64,000 nucleotides of DNA, from the NCBI GenBank assembly GCA_031414775.1, contig JANOQI010000016.1, positions 96,001 to 160,000 on the forward strand, in the 5' to 3' direction. Below are positions 1 to 10,451 of the stretch, one piece after another. Position 1 is the first letter of the stretch. Every line of letters begins with the position of its first letter. A model generated the notes under the pieces. That model had not been told where the DNA came from. It was given only the letters and a program-made list of their open reading frames with translations, and did no database searches. Source of the stretch: Synechococcales cyanobacterium VAR_4_metabat_354. Lineage in GTDB: Bacteria; Cyanobacteriota; Cyanobacteriia; Cyanobacteriales; Chamaesiphonaceae. The position numbers and the translations under genes are program-made.

Positions 1-105
1 TTTGGCTGGGTTGTTATCAACACACACCACATCATGACCAATATGAGCCAAGCAAGCTCCTGTCACTAAACCAACATAGCCAGTTCCGATCGTACAAACA
101 CGCAT
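1..105 (-). CDS. ugd: UDP-glucose 6-dehydrogenase, N-terminal part (runs off window start)
   Basis: Not in ORF track; hand translation [35 protein letters not shown] has the Ugd GxGYVG Rossmann start. Confidence 0.9.
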   Translation of the reverse strand, partial: MRVCTIGTGYVGLVTGACLAHIGHDVVCVDNNPAK

Positions 106-149
106 TATGCTTTTTTTCCTAATCTTTAAAAATAAAGTCTTTCTAAAAT

Positions 150-1100
150 CTACTTAACCAGTGTGGGCAGCGCAGCGATCCGCTGCTTAAACTCCGCAAT
201 TGTTTCAGTCAAGCCCACTGATAAAGGTACTATTGGATGCCAATTCAAAAGAGCCGTAGCCTTGGTAGTATCGGGTTTTCGCTGTTTGGGATCATCCTGA
301 GGTAGGGGCTTGAAAATTATTTCTTGATTTGGATCAATTCTGTCTCTGATATTTTGAGCCAGCTGCAAGATTGTATATTCTTCCGGATTACCAATATTGA
401 TCGGACCAGTGTGGTCACCATTCATCAATTTCATCAACCCATCTACTTGGTCAGAAACATAGCAAAAGCTACGAGTTTGCGAACCATCACCATAAACAGT
501 CAAAGGATTTCCACGCAAAGATTGAGCAATAAAATTGCTCACCACTCGGCCATCATTTTCGAGCATCCGAGGTCCATAGGTGTTAAAAATGCGAGCCACC
601 CGAATTTCCAGACTGTGCTCCCGGTGGTAATCAAAACTGAGGGTTTCAGCAATCCGTTTACCCTCGTCATAACAGGATCTAATGCCGATGGTGTTGACAT
701 TACCCCAATATTCTTCCGGCTGCGGATGGACGGTAGGATCACCGTAGACCTCCGAAGTAGAAGCCAGCAAAAACCGGGCTTTAACCCGCTTAGCTAAGCC
801 GAGCATATTAGATGTTCCTAAAAAACTCACTTTAGTAGTTTTGATCGGATTGTATTGGTAGTGAACCGGTGAGGCAGGGCAAGCTAAATGGTAAATTTGA
901 TCCACTTCTAGTCGAATTGGCTCTGTAATATCATGACGAATCAATTCAAAATTGGAATGACCCATCCAGTGAGAGATATTTCGCTTGGTACCCGTATAAA
1001 AGTTATCCAGGCAAATGACTTCATTAGTCTGATCCTTCATTAGGCAATCGATTAGATGCGACCCAATAAAACCCGCTCCACCTGTCACTAAAATCTTCAT
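150..1100 (-). CDS. UDP-glucuronate decarboxylase (UDP-xylose synthase), SDR family
   Basis: [45 protein letters not shown] motifs. Confidence 0.92.
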   Translation of the reverse strand: MKILVTGGAGFIGSHLIDCLMKDQTNEVICLDNFYTGTKRNISHWMGHSNFELIRHDITEPIRLEVDQIYHLACPASPVHYQYNPIKTTKVSFLGTSNMLGLAKRVKARFLLASTSEVYGDPTVHPQPEEYWGNVNTIGIRSCYDEGKRIAETLSFDYHREHSLEIRVARIFNTYGPRMLENDGRVVSNFIAQSLRGNPLTVYGDGSQTRSFCYVSDQVDGLMKLMNGDHTGPINIGNPEEYTILQLAQNIRDRIDPNQEIIFKPLPQDDPKQRKPDTTKATALLNWHPIVPLSVGLTETIAEFKQRIAALPTLVK

Positions 1101-1221
1101 AAAAGTATACGTAGTTTTTTGTTAATCAATCATACCAGTTGAAAACAGCCTTTCTACCAGTTATTTGATCGAGGGCATTGCCAGTGGCAACACCCTCCCA
1201 GCAATTAAGCCAAAAAATATC

Positions 1222-2247
1222 TTATTTAGCCCAGAAAAAATCTTGGTCAATTTGTTGAGTACGAATCAGATATTCCAACTGCTTGAGGCGAGTAAAACCT
1301 TTGTCGGTAAAAGTGTCTTCCTTCATGTCAATTTTTTGAAACACATCAAATAGTTGCTTAGCACCGCGTTCAGCATTCCAATCACATTTGAAGCCAGGTA
1401 ATACAGTATTAATCTTCTCAAATGAAACACGATAACTACGATTATCAGCGCCACTATCGCCAAAGCTCAACTTGCAACCAGTGAAAACACTAGCAACAAT
1501 CTCCGCAACTTCTTTCACCCGGTAATTATTAGCAGTATCACCAACGTTAAAAATTTGGTTATGAACAACATCGCGGGGTGCTTCCAAAGCGCAGACAATT
1601 GCTTTGCAAATATCGAGGGCATGAGCCAACGGCCGCCAAGGGGTGCCATCGCTGGTCATTTTGATTTCATTAGTTGTCCAAGCCAGTCCGGATAAATTGT
1701 TTAGGACAATATCAAACCGCATCCGAGGAGAAGCACCAAAGGCCGTAGCATTACGCATAAAAGTCGGCGAAAAATTATCAGAAGCCATCGGTTGCAAATC
1801 ACGTTCGACGAGAGTTTTGCACTCAGCGTAAGCTGTTTGCGGATTAACCGGCGATTCCTCCGTGACATCTCCAGCAGTAGCCACACCATAAACGCTACAA
1901 GAAGACATATAGACAAAACGGCTAACCCCAGCTTCCTTAGCTAACTGAGCCAGCCGCACCGAGCCTTTGTGGTTAATATCGTAGGTGATAGTTGGAGATA
2001 GCTGACCAGCCGGATCATTAGAAAGCTCGGCCATATGGACAACCGCGTCTACACCTTGCAAATCTTCTGGGGAAATATGGCGAATATCTTTGGTTAGAGT
2101 TTTAGCCGTAACTGACGTGCCATTGTATAGCCAACCGACTTTGTAATAGCCAGTATCTACGCCCAAAACTTCGTGGCCAAGCTCCATGAGCAAAGGGGGT
2201 AATAAGGAACCTAAATATCCTTCTGTGCCTGTTACAAGTACTTTCAT
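1222..2247 (-). CDS. NAD-dependent epimerase/dehydratase (extended SDR)
   Basis: TGTEGYLG, SSCSVYG, YAECK (YxxxK). Confidence 0.85.
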   Translation of the reverse strand: MKVLVTGTEGYLGSLLPPLLMELGHEVLGVDTGYYKVGWLYNGTSVTAKTLTKDIRHISPEDLQGVDAVVHMAELSNDPAGQLSPTITYDINHKGSVRLAQLAKEAGVSRFVYMSSCSVYGVATAGDVTEESPVNPQTAYAECKTLVERDLQPMASDNFSPTFMRNATAFGASPRMRFDIVLNNLSGLAWTTNEIKMTSDGTPWRPLAHALDICKAIVCALEAPRDVVHNQIFNVGDTANNYRVKEVAEIVASVFTGCKLSFGDSGADNRSYRVSFEKINTVLPGFKCDWNAERGAKQLFDVFQKIDMKEDTFTDKGFTRLKQLEYLIRTQQIDQDFFWAK

Positions 2248-2276
2248 AGTTTAATCCTTCAAGTAGTGGTTAATAA

Positions 2277-3491
2277 TTAGGAGTTGATCGAAGTGGCCAA
2301 ATGGGACTGCTCTGGGATTTTAGCTACAATAGCTTTACCGATCTCTAATGATGATGTAGCTGCTGGGGAAGGCGCATTACAAACATTGACACAATTCTGA
2401 CCAGAAACAATCAAAAAGTCATCTACTAGTTTGCCATCATTCATTAAGGCTTGCGCTCTGACCCCAGCATGACAAGGCACCAGATCGGCGGCTTGTACTT
2501 CTGGAATCAATTGCTGCAAACTGCGGACAAAAGCAGCTTTGCTGAAAGAACGAATAATTTCCTGGATACCTTCATCCGCGTGCTTAGCGGCTAGTTTCCA
2601 GAAACCTGGATAAGTCATGACTTCGGCAAAGTCTCGCAAGTCAAAATCAGTCTTTTTATAGCCTTCCCGCTTGAGGCTCAACACAGCGTTGGGGCCAGCG
2701 TGCACACTATGATCAATCATGCGCGTAAAATGTACGCCCAAGAAAGGAAAATCTGGATTGGGAACCGGATAGATCAGAGTTTTCACTAAATGCCGCTTCT
2801 CAGGAATTAGTTCGTAATACTCGCCCCGAAAAGGAATAATTTTAGCTTGGGGATCAACATTATTGAGCTTAGCCACCCGATCGCTATGCAAGCCAGCACA
2901 ATTAATCACAAAGCGAGTTTCAAAAGTACCATTGTTCGTCTCAATGACCTGATTAATAGCACTGTGTACAATACGCAAAACCTTGGTATTGAGTTGTAAT
3001 TCCCCGCCTTGCTGCTGAATCAGTTCCGCATATTTGAGACAAACTTGTTTGTAATTGGCGATGCCCGTGGCATGAACACGCACACCAGCGACACAACGAA
3101 CGTGGGGTTCCACTTCCTTTACTTCTTCGGCAGTAATTCGCTGCACTTGAATCCCATTCTCTACGCCGCGCTGGTAGATGTTGTCGAGCCGCTGCACTTC
3201 GCTCTCGTCTACGGCTACGATTACCTTGCCACAAACATCATGATCGATGTTGTGCTCTTGGCAAAACTCCACCATCGAGGTCGCCCCATCCCGACAAAAT
3301 TTAGCTTTAAAACTCCCCGGTTTGTAGTAAATACCAGAGTGAATCACGCCGCTATTATGGCCAGTCTGATGAGCCGCCCAATTACTCTCTTTTTCTAACA
3401 CTACAATCTGCGCGTTAGGATAGCGCTTACCTAGTGCCATTGCAGTGGAAAGGCCAACAATCCCGCCACCGATGATCGCAAAATCATACAT
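2277..3491 (-). CDS. lhgO: L-2-hydroxyglutarate oxidase family FAD enzyme
   Basis: GGGIVG, HQTGHNSGVIHSGIYY, PFRGEYY, FPFLGVH, NAPSPAATSS. Confidence 0.88.
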   Translation of the reverse strand: MYDFAIIGGGIVGLSTAMALGKRYPNAQIVVLEKESNWAAHQTGHNSGVIHSGIYYKPGSFKAKFCRDGATSMVEFCQEHNIDHDVCGKVIVAVDESEVQRLDNIYQRGVENGIQVQRITAEEVKEVEPHVRCVAGVRVHATGIANYKQVCLKYAELIQQQGGELQLNTKVLRIVHSAINQVIETNNGTFETRFVINCAGLHSDRVAKLNNVDPQAKIIPFRGEYYELIPEKRHLVKTLIYPVPNPDFPFLGVHFTRMIDHSVHAGPNAVLSLKREGYKKTDFDLRDFAEVMTYPGFWKLAAKHADEGIQEIIRSFSKAAFVRSLQQLIPEVQAADLVPCHAGVRAQALMNDGKLVDDFLIVSGQNCVNVCNAPSPAATSSLEIGKAIVAKIPEQSHLATSINS

Positions 3492-3547
3492 TCAACATTA
3501 ACTCCATAACTATCTACCAAACCCCAAATCAGCCTAAGAATATCTAG

Positions 3548-4852
3548 CTAAGCTAGTACCTTAGCAGGAGCAAAATAAGCGTTCTGCTCGGCTCGTAATT
3601 TGTCACAGAGTCGGCCAGCGGGTAATTCAACATCTTCGTAGGTTAGAACTTGATCCTTAGCAATATCTTGTTTCAGACGGCAGCCTTCCGCCAAGCCCAT
3701 CGGCAACAAATTCTGTTCCTGGGCAATGCCAGCATTTTCACATTGGCCATAAGTCATGTAATAACCAATCCCATCCAAGGTTTCCCCAGCTTTAAGATTA
3801 ATTTTGGCAGTGGTCACTACTTCTACGCGCGGCGCACCCAAAGGAGCCAAGACCGCATCTTGGAACAACACGGCTCGTGCCACCGATAACGGCACTTCAA
3901 AGTGGCAAAGATGGTAAGGCGTATAGAAACTATAGAGTGGGCCTTCGCCTAGTTTGTACAAGTTCAGATAGTGTTGTTGCTTGGGATCATCGTGGGTGGC
4001 AAACACAAATACACCGGGACCGGGCTTAGTACCAACCACATAGTCCACAATTCCTCCCAAGGATTTGAGCTGCTCCACATCGTACATAGAGGTCATTTCA
4101 TCAACATGTCCCCGAAAATCGTAGCCCAGCATTCCCCTTTTAGCCACTTGCATCCCGGTAGCATTAGCCACAATCGCTTGCTCAAAAGAAATTTTGGTGC
4201 CATCAGCAAAGCTAGTTACCATGTGCGCCTGTTGGCCCCACTGTTTAGCAAAAGCTTCCTGGGTAGTGGGATTGCGATAGGGGTCTTGGAGGCCTTTAAT
4301 GTTACCGCACAGTAAGGGGGTGAGACCAATACTCTTCACAAACCGATAGAGATTCATCTCCACGCCGGGTTGGTCGCCATCACAAGCAGAAAGAATCACG
4401 CCTGCCCGATCGGCATGAACCTTGAGAATGGCACCGATTGTCCCATCCAATTCAGCATTCATCATGATGACGTGTTTGTGATGATCGATCGCTTCCAACA
4501 CGACCTGCGCCCCAAATTCTACCGCGCCAGTCACTTCAATGATGGCCTCAATCCCTTCCGCCCGACACAACAACAAGGCATCTTCACAGATGGCATAATG
4601 ACCACTGGCGATCGAACTCTCCAACTCAGCAACGGTAGAGACAACCTTAATGTCTTCAATGCCAGCTTCGGTATAAGCCCGCCGCGCCGCTTCCGGATTC
4701 CGGTTGAAAATAGCTACTAGCTCCATCCCCGGCACTGAGTTAGCAATTTGATTAGCAATACCCCGCCCCATAAATCCAGCACCAATCATCGCCACCTTTA
4801 CTGGTTTCCCAGCTTCTGCCCGAGTTTGTAATGCCTTATCAATAATAATCAT
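3548..4852 (-). CDS. NAD(P)-dependent oxidoreductase, homoserine-dehydrogenase-like with C-terminal SAF domain
   Basis: GAGFMG, DGDQPG, SFADGTK, PYHLCHFE, SAF-like tail (LKAGETLDGIG...LPMGLA). Confidence 0.8.
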   Translation of the reverse strand: MIIIDKALQTRAEAGKPVKVAMIGAGFMGRGIANQIANSVPGMELVAIFNRNPEAARRAYTEAGIEDIKVVSTVAELESSIASGHYAICEDALLLCRAEGIEAIIEVTGAVEFGAQVVLEAIDHHKHVIMMNAELDGTIGAILKVHADRAGVILSACDGDQPGVEMNLYRFVKSIGLTPLLCGNIKGLQDPYRNPTTQEAFAKQWGQQAHMVTSFADGTKISFEQAIVANATGMQVAKRGMLGYDFRGHVDEMTSMYDVEQLKSLGGIVDYVVGTKPGPGVFVFATHDDPKQQHYLNLYKLGEGPLYSFYTPYHLCHFEVPLSVARAVLFQDAVLAPLGAPRVEVVTTAKINLKAGETLDGIGYYMTYGQCENAGIAQEQNLLPMGLAEGCRLKQDIAKDQVLTYEDVELPAGRLCDKLRAEQNAYFAPAKVLA

Positions 4853-4893
4853 GTTGTAGTTCCTACCAAGTTGGATGAGATTTAAGCGGGGTT

Positions 4894-5421
4894 CTAGACC
4901 AGCAACGGCCAGGCGGCATCTTTTTCAGAGATTTCAGTCACGGCTATCGGCCACTCGATCGCGAAAGCGGGATCTTGATGATGAATACCTCTTTCGTAGC
5001 CCGGTGTATAAAATTCACCCACTTGATACACTACTTCCGCACCATCAGTGAGAGCTTGATAGCCATGGGCAAACATTTCTGGAATATATAGCGCTCGCCG
5101 ATTTTCAGCAGTTAGTTCCACTCCAAAGTGAGCTAGGTAAGTGGGTGATTCTGGACGCATGTCAATAATTACGTCATAGATTGCACCTTGAGTACAACGC
5201 ACTAATTTGGTCTCAGCTGCTGGCAATACTTGGTAATGCATCCCCCGCAGGGTTCCTTTTTTGTGGTTGAAAGATAAATTGCATTGAGCCACCGTAGGCT
5301 TTAAACCATGTTTTTCAAATTCTTCAGCACAAAAAGTCCGGGCAAAAGAACCCCGATGATCAGGCTTTAGTTCTAAATCAATAATATAAGCGCCAGATAG
5401 CGTAGTTTCAGTGAAGAGCAT
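4894..5421 (-). CDS. rfbC: dTDP-4-dehydrorhamnose 3,5-epimerase
   Basis: DHRGSFAR, GTLRGMHYQ, KLVRC, AHGYQ; start moved to MLFTET. Confidence 0.9.
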   Translation of the reverse strand: MLFTETTLSGAYIIDLELKPDHRGSFARTFCAEEFEKHGLKPTVAQCNLSFNHKKGTLRGMHYQVLPAAETKLVRCTQGAIYDVIIDMRPESPTYLAHFGVELTAENRRALYIPEMFAHGYQALTDGAEVVYQVGEFYTPGYERGIHHQDPAFAIEWPIAVTEISEKDAAWPLLV

Positions 5422-5549
5422 TAATAACCTCAAGTATCAAGTTTTACTGGTACCCATAACAATTGTGGGTGAAAATTTAGGCAAGGTTCAAAGGGAAGAT
5501 AACAGTAGGGGCGCGATTTTAAGGTGTGTAGTGGCAAACAACTATTAAT

Positions 5550-6077
5550 TTAATTAGGAGGTGGCATTTTAGTTTCTCTCTTGTTTGAGTAAACCCCAAG
5601 AGTACATCTCCAGTCACCAAAAGGACTTTTGTAACATGCTCCCACGCTCTTGGGCACACGACTAACAATGCAATTTCGACCACGCTCATAAACACCACCA
5701 AGGAGGTTAAAACAGGAATATGCGATGACGCTACCCCTGATGTTATAGATGGGCTTATCGCTATCTATAGTACTCCCATATTTTTGGACATCAACAAGAC
5801 CAACCTGACGAGGCTTTGGATCAACTTGAAGATTGAGAATGTCAATAAAATATGCTGTGCCACCCATCTTAACTTTACGATCTCCTTCAGCTTCGCAGGC
5901 AACATAGATTGCGGCCTGTTTGGCACTGATGGAACCTGTACTTGGTTCCGATTTGGATGCACAAGTTCTAGGTTGACGGTTAGTTCCAAAATCTCTAGTT
6001 TGAGCATTTATGATACTAGGAGACATCAATGGCACAAGCGTACAGCCGATCATTCCAATAATTAGTTTTGATTTCAT
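5550..6077 (-). CDS. Hypothetical secreted Cys-rich protein
   Basis: Signal-peptide-like N-terminus (MKSKLIIGMIG...INA-Q); six Cys in mature part. Confidence 0.65.
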   Translation of the reverse strand: MKSKLIIGMIGCTLVPLMSPSIINAQTRDFGTNRQPRTCASKSEPSTGSISAKQAAIYVACEAEGDRKVKMGGTAYFIDILNLQVDPKPRQVGLVDVQKYGSTIDSDKPIYNIRGSVIAYSCFNLLGGVYERGRNCIVSRVPKSVGACYKSPFGDWRCTLGVYSNKRETKMPPPN

Positions 6078-6212
6078 ATTGATTTTGGATATTTAATGTT
6101 TTCGTTAGTTAAGATCTTGCACCATTCTCAACAAAGGTTGGCTAAAAGGACAGAAACCTAAAAAAAGGGGCGTAACAAAATAATGAGATGGTTATGAAAA
6201 CCATGCCAAAAA

Positions 6213-6977
6213 TCACCAGACTTTCCAAGGGGCTTTGCCGCTCTGCCATAGCCCTTCCAAATAGTTCTTTTCGCGCAGGGTGTCCATCGGTTGCCAAAAG
6301 CCGTCATGTTCAAAAGCCATCAATTCGCCCTTAGCAGCCAAATCCATCAGCGGGCGATCTTCCCAAGTACTATGGTCGCCATCAATCAAATTGATACAGT
6401 CTGGCGACAGGACAAAAAAGCCACCATTGATTAATCCCCCGTCGGGCTTCTCCATAAAGCCCGAGACCTGCTGGCCATCTAGCTGCAAGATACCATAACG
6501 ACTAGGTGGCTTAACCGCAGTCACAGTGGCCATCTTGCCGTGTTCTTGGTGAAAGGCAATTGATTTGGAAATATCGATATCGGAAACACCGTCTCCATAA
6601 GTGAAACAAAAAGCTTCTTCCTTTGCTAGGTAGGGAGCCACTCGCTTCAGCCGTCCGCCAGTCAGAGTTCCATCACCAGTATCTACTAGGGTCACCTTCC
6701 AAGGTTCGGCATTACGTTGCAAGACATTCATCTGGTTATGAGAAATATCAAAGGTAACATCCGACATATGTAAAAAGTAGTTAGCAAAATACTCTTTAAT
6801 CACATAGCCTTTATAGCCACAGCAAATAATAAAATCGTTGACACCATGAGCAGCATACATTTTCAGGATATGCCAAAGAATCGGACGACCGCCAATCTCC
6901 ACCATGGGTTTGGGTTTAAGATGGGTTTCTTCGGAAATGCGGGTGCCGAGTCCACCAGCTAAAATCACTGCTTTCAT
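6213..6977 (-). CDS. rfbF: Glucose-1-phosphate cytidylyltransferase
   Basis: ILAGGLGTRISEET, KPKPMVEIG, TGGRLKR, FWQPMDTLRE, APWKVW. Confidence 0.95.
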   Translation of the reverse strand: MKAVILAGGLGTRISEETHLKPKPMVEIGGRPILWHILKMYAAHGVNDFIICCGYKGYVIKEYFANYFLHMSDVTFDISHNQMNVLQRNAEPWKVTLVDTGDGTLTGGRLKRVAPYLAKEEAFCFTYGDGVSDIDISKSIAFHQEHGKMATVTAVKPPSRYGILQLDGQQVSGFMEKPDGGLINGGFFVLSPDCINLIDGDHSTWEDRPLMDLAAKGELMAFEHDGFWQPMDTLREKNYLEGLWQSGKAPWKVW

Positions 6978-7228
6978 ACAATTTTCTCAATTTTCCAACT
7001 TAAGGATGGGGTGAACAACTTTTAGGGTTTGATAAGCGAAATGTAATCGAGTTAAGATCTTTTTGATCAAAGGTTTCGTCCGAGGCTTTTTAATCTCTAG
7101 CTAGTTACATTTTATGAAGTTTTGGAAAGTAGGTCGTCAGTGTTTTGGCTGTTTCTGATCCTCCAGAAAACACGGTTTCATGCAAAGTGTAACAATAATG
7201 GCTAAGTCATTGGTGACCATCAAATAGC

Positions 7229-7663
7229 TCAGCCAATTGTATTAAATGCTTTCAAGCCTTGATATCCTTTGATCCGCGCCGCATTTCTGGTGAATTCGCC
7301 AACGGATGGGTTGCCATGAGGGTGAACAACACCACCAACACTCTGCCACAGCGCATCTGAAGCTAAGGAAATTTCGTATGATCGATCGCCTGTTTTAGAT
7401 ACGTGATACCAGGTAGTCTGCTGACATTCATCACACCAAAAAGCTTCGACCCACTCACCAGTAACACCAATAGTGGTGTGAGACTTAATCAACATTTGGG
7501 CAGCCAGACTGTTAATGCCTCTAGCTTGGAGCTGCCCAGGTCGATCATCAAAAAGACGATATTTTTGACTCGCACTATCTAAATAACAGTTATGTGCCGG
7601 ACAAAAAATACTGCGCCGTTTAGATCTTCTTTTTTTGCGTTTGGCAATATCAGGACTCTGCAC
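7229..7663 (-). CDS. Hypothetical protein, basic N-terminus, putative Zn-binding motifs
   Basis: GTG start; KRKKRRSKRR; CPAH and CDEC motifs. Confidence 0.7.
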   Translation of the reverse strand: MQSPDIAKRKKRRSKRRSIFCPAHNCYLDSASQKYRLFDDRPGQLQARGINSLAAQMLIKSHTTIGVTGEWVEAFWCDECQQTTWYHVSKTGDRSYEISLASDALWQSVGGVVHPHGNPSVGEFTRNAARIKGYQGLKAFNTIG

Positions 7664-7945
7664 GTTGGTCTCCTTTATTGATCAGTTTGCATCAAATTTT
7701 CAGCAAAATGCCTATGATTATTAGCCTTTTGCTCTGAAATAATTTTTGCTCGTTTACCTCCAATTCATACGGCTAAAGAACCCAGTGCAAAATCTCATGG
7801 AGATTACGACATCAGTTAATAATATTCAGCACTCAAGGTCTGATTTCGGAAAAAATTGCTATCTATGTGCATATTAACTTTTTTCCAGACTGATATAAAT
7901 TACCATTGCCATTGGTTAGGGGATCATTAGCAGTTGCACCGGATT

Positions 7946-9736
7946 CTAGACTTCCTTTTTCGGGACGTAAGTAGATTTCACAGCTAGCTCTTTTAGCTGC
8001 TTTTCTTCTACCACTGAGGGAGCATCGGTCAACAGACAGCGGGCTTGCTGAGTTTTGGGAAAAGCAATCACATCCCGGATCGAATCTTCCTGAGCGAGGA
8101 GCATTACCAATCGATCGAGTCCAAAAGCGATCCCCCCATGAGGCGGCGTGCCATAGTCAAAAGCATCGAGTAAAAAGCCAAACTTACTTTGAGCTTCGGC
8201 TTCAGAAAGTCCGATCGCCTTAAAGACCTGTTCTTGAATATCCCGCGTAAAGATGCGGACACTACCACCACCAATTTCGGTGCCATTAAACACCATGTCA
8301 TAAGCTTGGGCACGGGCAGTTTTTAGGTCGCCAATGTCAGCGGGATGCGGTGCCGTAAACGGATGATGCAGAGCTTCCAGGCGTTGCTCGTCGGCGTTCC
8401 ATTCAAACATCGGAAATTCGGTGACCCAGAGTAAATTCATCTGATTATCATCGATTAGTCCTAGTTCGCGGCCAATAACCTGACGCAATCGATCGAGTGT
8501 TTTATTCACCATTGCACCGTCACCGGCTCCAAACAGCAGCAAGTCACCATCCTGAGCGCCAGTGATGCTCATCAGTTGTTGTTTAGCTGCCGGAGTCAAA
8601 CTATCTTTAATCGCGCCAATGGTTTCCAGCTCACCATTGACAAATCGAATATAGGCCAAACCTTTAGCCCCCATATCGGTGGCTTCTTTGAACAGGTTGC
8701 CACCGGGCTTTATTCGCACATTAGAAATAGTCTCGTTGCCACCCGGAATGGCCAGGACTTTAACAATGCCACCCGCCGCGATCGCCCCGGCGAAAACTTT
8801 AAACCCAGAGGTTTTAAAGATTTCGGACACATCAGCTAGCTCCAGCCCAAAGCGAGTATCGGGTTTATCGCAGCCATAGCGCGCCATGGCTTCTTGGTAG
8901 GTGAGACGCGGTAAAGGCAAAGATAACTCGACTCCTTTAACTTCTTTGAAAATATGGGCAATCAGGTGCTCGTTGAGGCTCATGATCTCCGCTTCGGACA
9001 TAAAACTCATTTCCATGTCGAGTTGAGTAAATTCCGGCTGTCGATCAGCTCTCAGGTCTTCATCCCGGAAACAACGAGCAATTTGGTAGTATCGATCGAT
9101 CCCTGACACCATCAAAATTTGCTTAAACAACTGGGGCGACTGAGGCAAAGCAAACCATTCGCCAGGATTGACCCGACTGGGCAGCACAAAATCGCGAGCA
9201 CCTTCCGGAGTGGATTTGTTCAGGATCGGCGTTTCTACTTCTGTAAAATCTTCTTGGTCTTCTAAGAAGCGGCGCATTGCTTTCACCACTTGATGGCGGA
9301 GCTGAATATTTTTGCTCATCCGCTCGCGACGCAGATCTAAATAGCGGTAACGCAGCCGTAGGTCTTCGCGCACATATTCATTCTCGGCAGCGGAAACTTG
9401 GAAAGGCAGCTGCTGATGGACTTTGTTCAAAACATTGATCTGATCGGCGTAGACTTCGATCGTCCCACTGGCAATGCGGGGGTTAAAAGACTCCTCTGGT
9501 CTCTGGCTAACCCGTCCAATTACCTGAATCACGTATTCATTACGCAGATCGGCGGCTAGTTCATAAGAGGCGGGGGTACGTTGCGGGTCGCTGACAATTT
9601 GAATGGAACCGGATCTGTCGCGCAAATTCAGAAAAATCACACCACCCAGATCGTGACGGCGATCGACCCAACCACATAGGGTCACTGTTTCGCCGATTTT
9701 GTCTGGGGTAAGGTGGCCGCAATATTGGGTACGCAT
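7946..9736 (-). CDS. aspS: Aspartate--tRNA ligase
   Basis: [47 protein letters not shown]. Confidence 0.97.
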   Translation of the reverse strand: MRTQYCGHLTPDKIGETVTLCGWVDRRHDLGGVIFLNLRDRSGSIQIVSDPQRTPASYELAADLRNEYVIQVIGRVSQRPEESFNPRIASGTIEVYADQINVLNKVHQQLPFQVSAAENEYVREDLRLRYRYLDLRRERMSKNIQLRHQVVKAMRRFLEDQEDFTEVETPILNKSTPEGARDFVLPSRVNPGEWFALPQSPQLFKQILMVSGIDRYYQIARCFRDEDLRADRQPEFTQLDMEMSFMSEAEIMSLNEHLIAHIFKEVKGVELSLPLPRLTYQEAMARYGCDKPDTRFGLELADVSEIFKTSGFKVFAGAIAAGGIVKVLAIPGGNETISNVRIKPGGNLFKEATDMGAKGLAYIRFVNGELETIGAIKDSLTPAAKQQLMSITGAQDGDLLLFGAGDGAMVNKTLDRLRQVIGRELGLIDDNQMNLLWVTEFPMFEWNADEQRLEALHHPFTAPHPADIGDLKTARAQAYDMVFNGTEIGGGSVRIFTRDIQEQVFKAIGLSEAEAQSKFGFLLDAFDYGTPPHGGIAFGLDRLVMLLAQEDSIRDVIAFPKTQQARCLLTDAPSVVEEKQLKELAVKSTYVPKKEV

Positions 9737-9797
9737 ATCGAAAACAGATGTAGATGAACGGGTTTATCATTTTAGCTTACCCGCTGTGACATATATC

Positions 9798-9966
9798 TTC
9801 TTGTCCCAGGCGAGGATTCAGGAATTCTAGACAACAAGCAGCCCAGCGGCTTCTACCGAATTTGGTTATGCGAAAAGAAGCCGGTGCGTTGCCAAGCTCA
9901 GCATGTTGGTAGATTTTATGGCATCACCGAAATTGATGTTGATGAGAACTTCGCCTGAGTCAGGAA
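9798..9966 (-). ncRNA. ssaA: Probable 6S RNA (SsaA/SsrS)
   Basis: About 170-nt rod with central bubble: minus-strand CUCAGGCGA pairs with UCGCCUGGG, GUUCU..CAACA with UGUUG..AGAAU, GCUUGGC with GCUGGGC, CGGCUUCU with AGAAGCCG. G-U pairs favour minus strand; ends approximate. Confidence 0.7.
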
Positions 9967-10039
9967 ACCGGTAGAATTTAAAGACATTAGCTTTGCTCAC
10001 CGCCTACCGCATGAGCTAGCCTCACCACAATCCCAAAAT

Positions 10040-10450
10040 ATGCGCTCTTATTGGCCAATTACCGAACTTCCGGGCGTAGACACCACAACAGCAGCTGAGC
10101 TTACCGCTGTCGGTGTCATTGATACCGAACAACTGCTGGCCTTAACAGAGCCACGGCAAATCAGCAGCAATCAGCTCCAACTAGCCGCCATTGTGAGTAC
10201 CAGACCTGGCCGTAAACTGCTCGCCCTAGCTAAGTTAGCTCAAATCCCCAGCGTTGGTTGTAAGTATTGTGGATTGCTATTACATGCTGGGGTGGCTTCG
10301 ATCGAACAACTCAGTCAAACCCCACCGCAGCAATTACACCAACTAGTTTTGCGGCTGCATGTTTCTCTCCTCCAGCGCCGGGATCTCACACCTCGCATCG
10401 ATCAAGTTCAAAACTGGGTGCAGCAAGCCAAGGTGATTGTTAATAGTTAA
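10040..10450 (+). CDS. DUF4332 domain (helix-hairpin-helix) protein
   Basis: WPITELPGV, LAQIPSVGCKYCGLLLHAGV, WVQQAK. Confidence 0.8.
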   Translation: MRSYWPITELPGVDTTTAAELTAVGVIDTEQLLALTEPRQISSNQLQLAAIVSTRPGRKLLALAKLAQIPSVGCKYCGLLLHAGVASIEQLSQTPPQQLHQLVLRLHVSLLQRRDLTPRIDQVQNWVQQAKVIVNS

Positions 10451-10451
10451 T

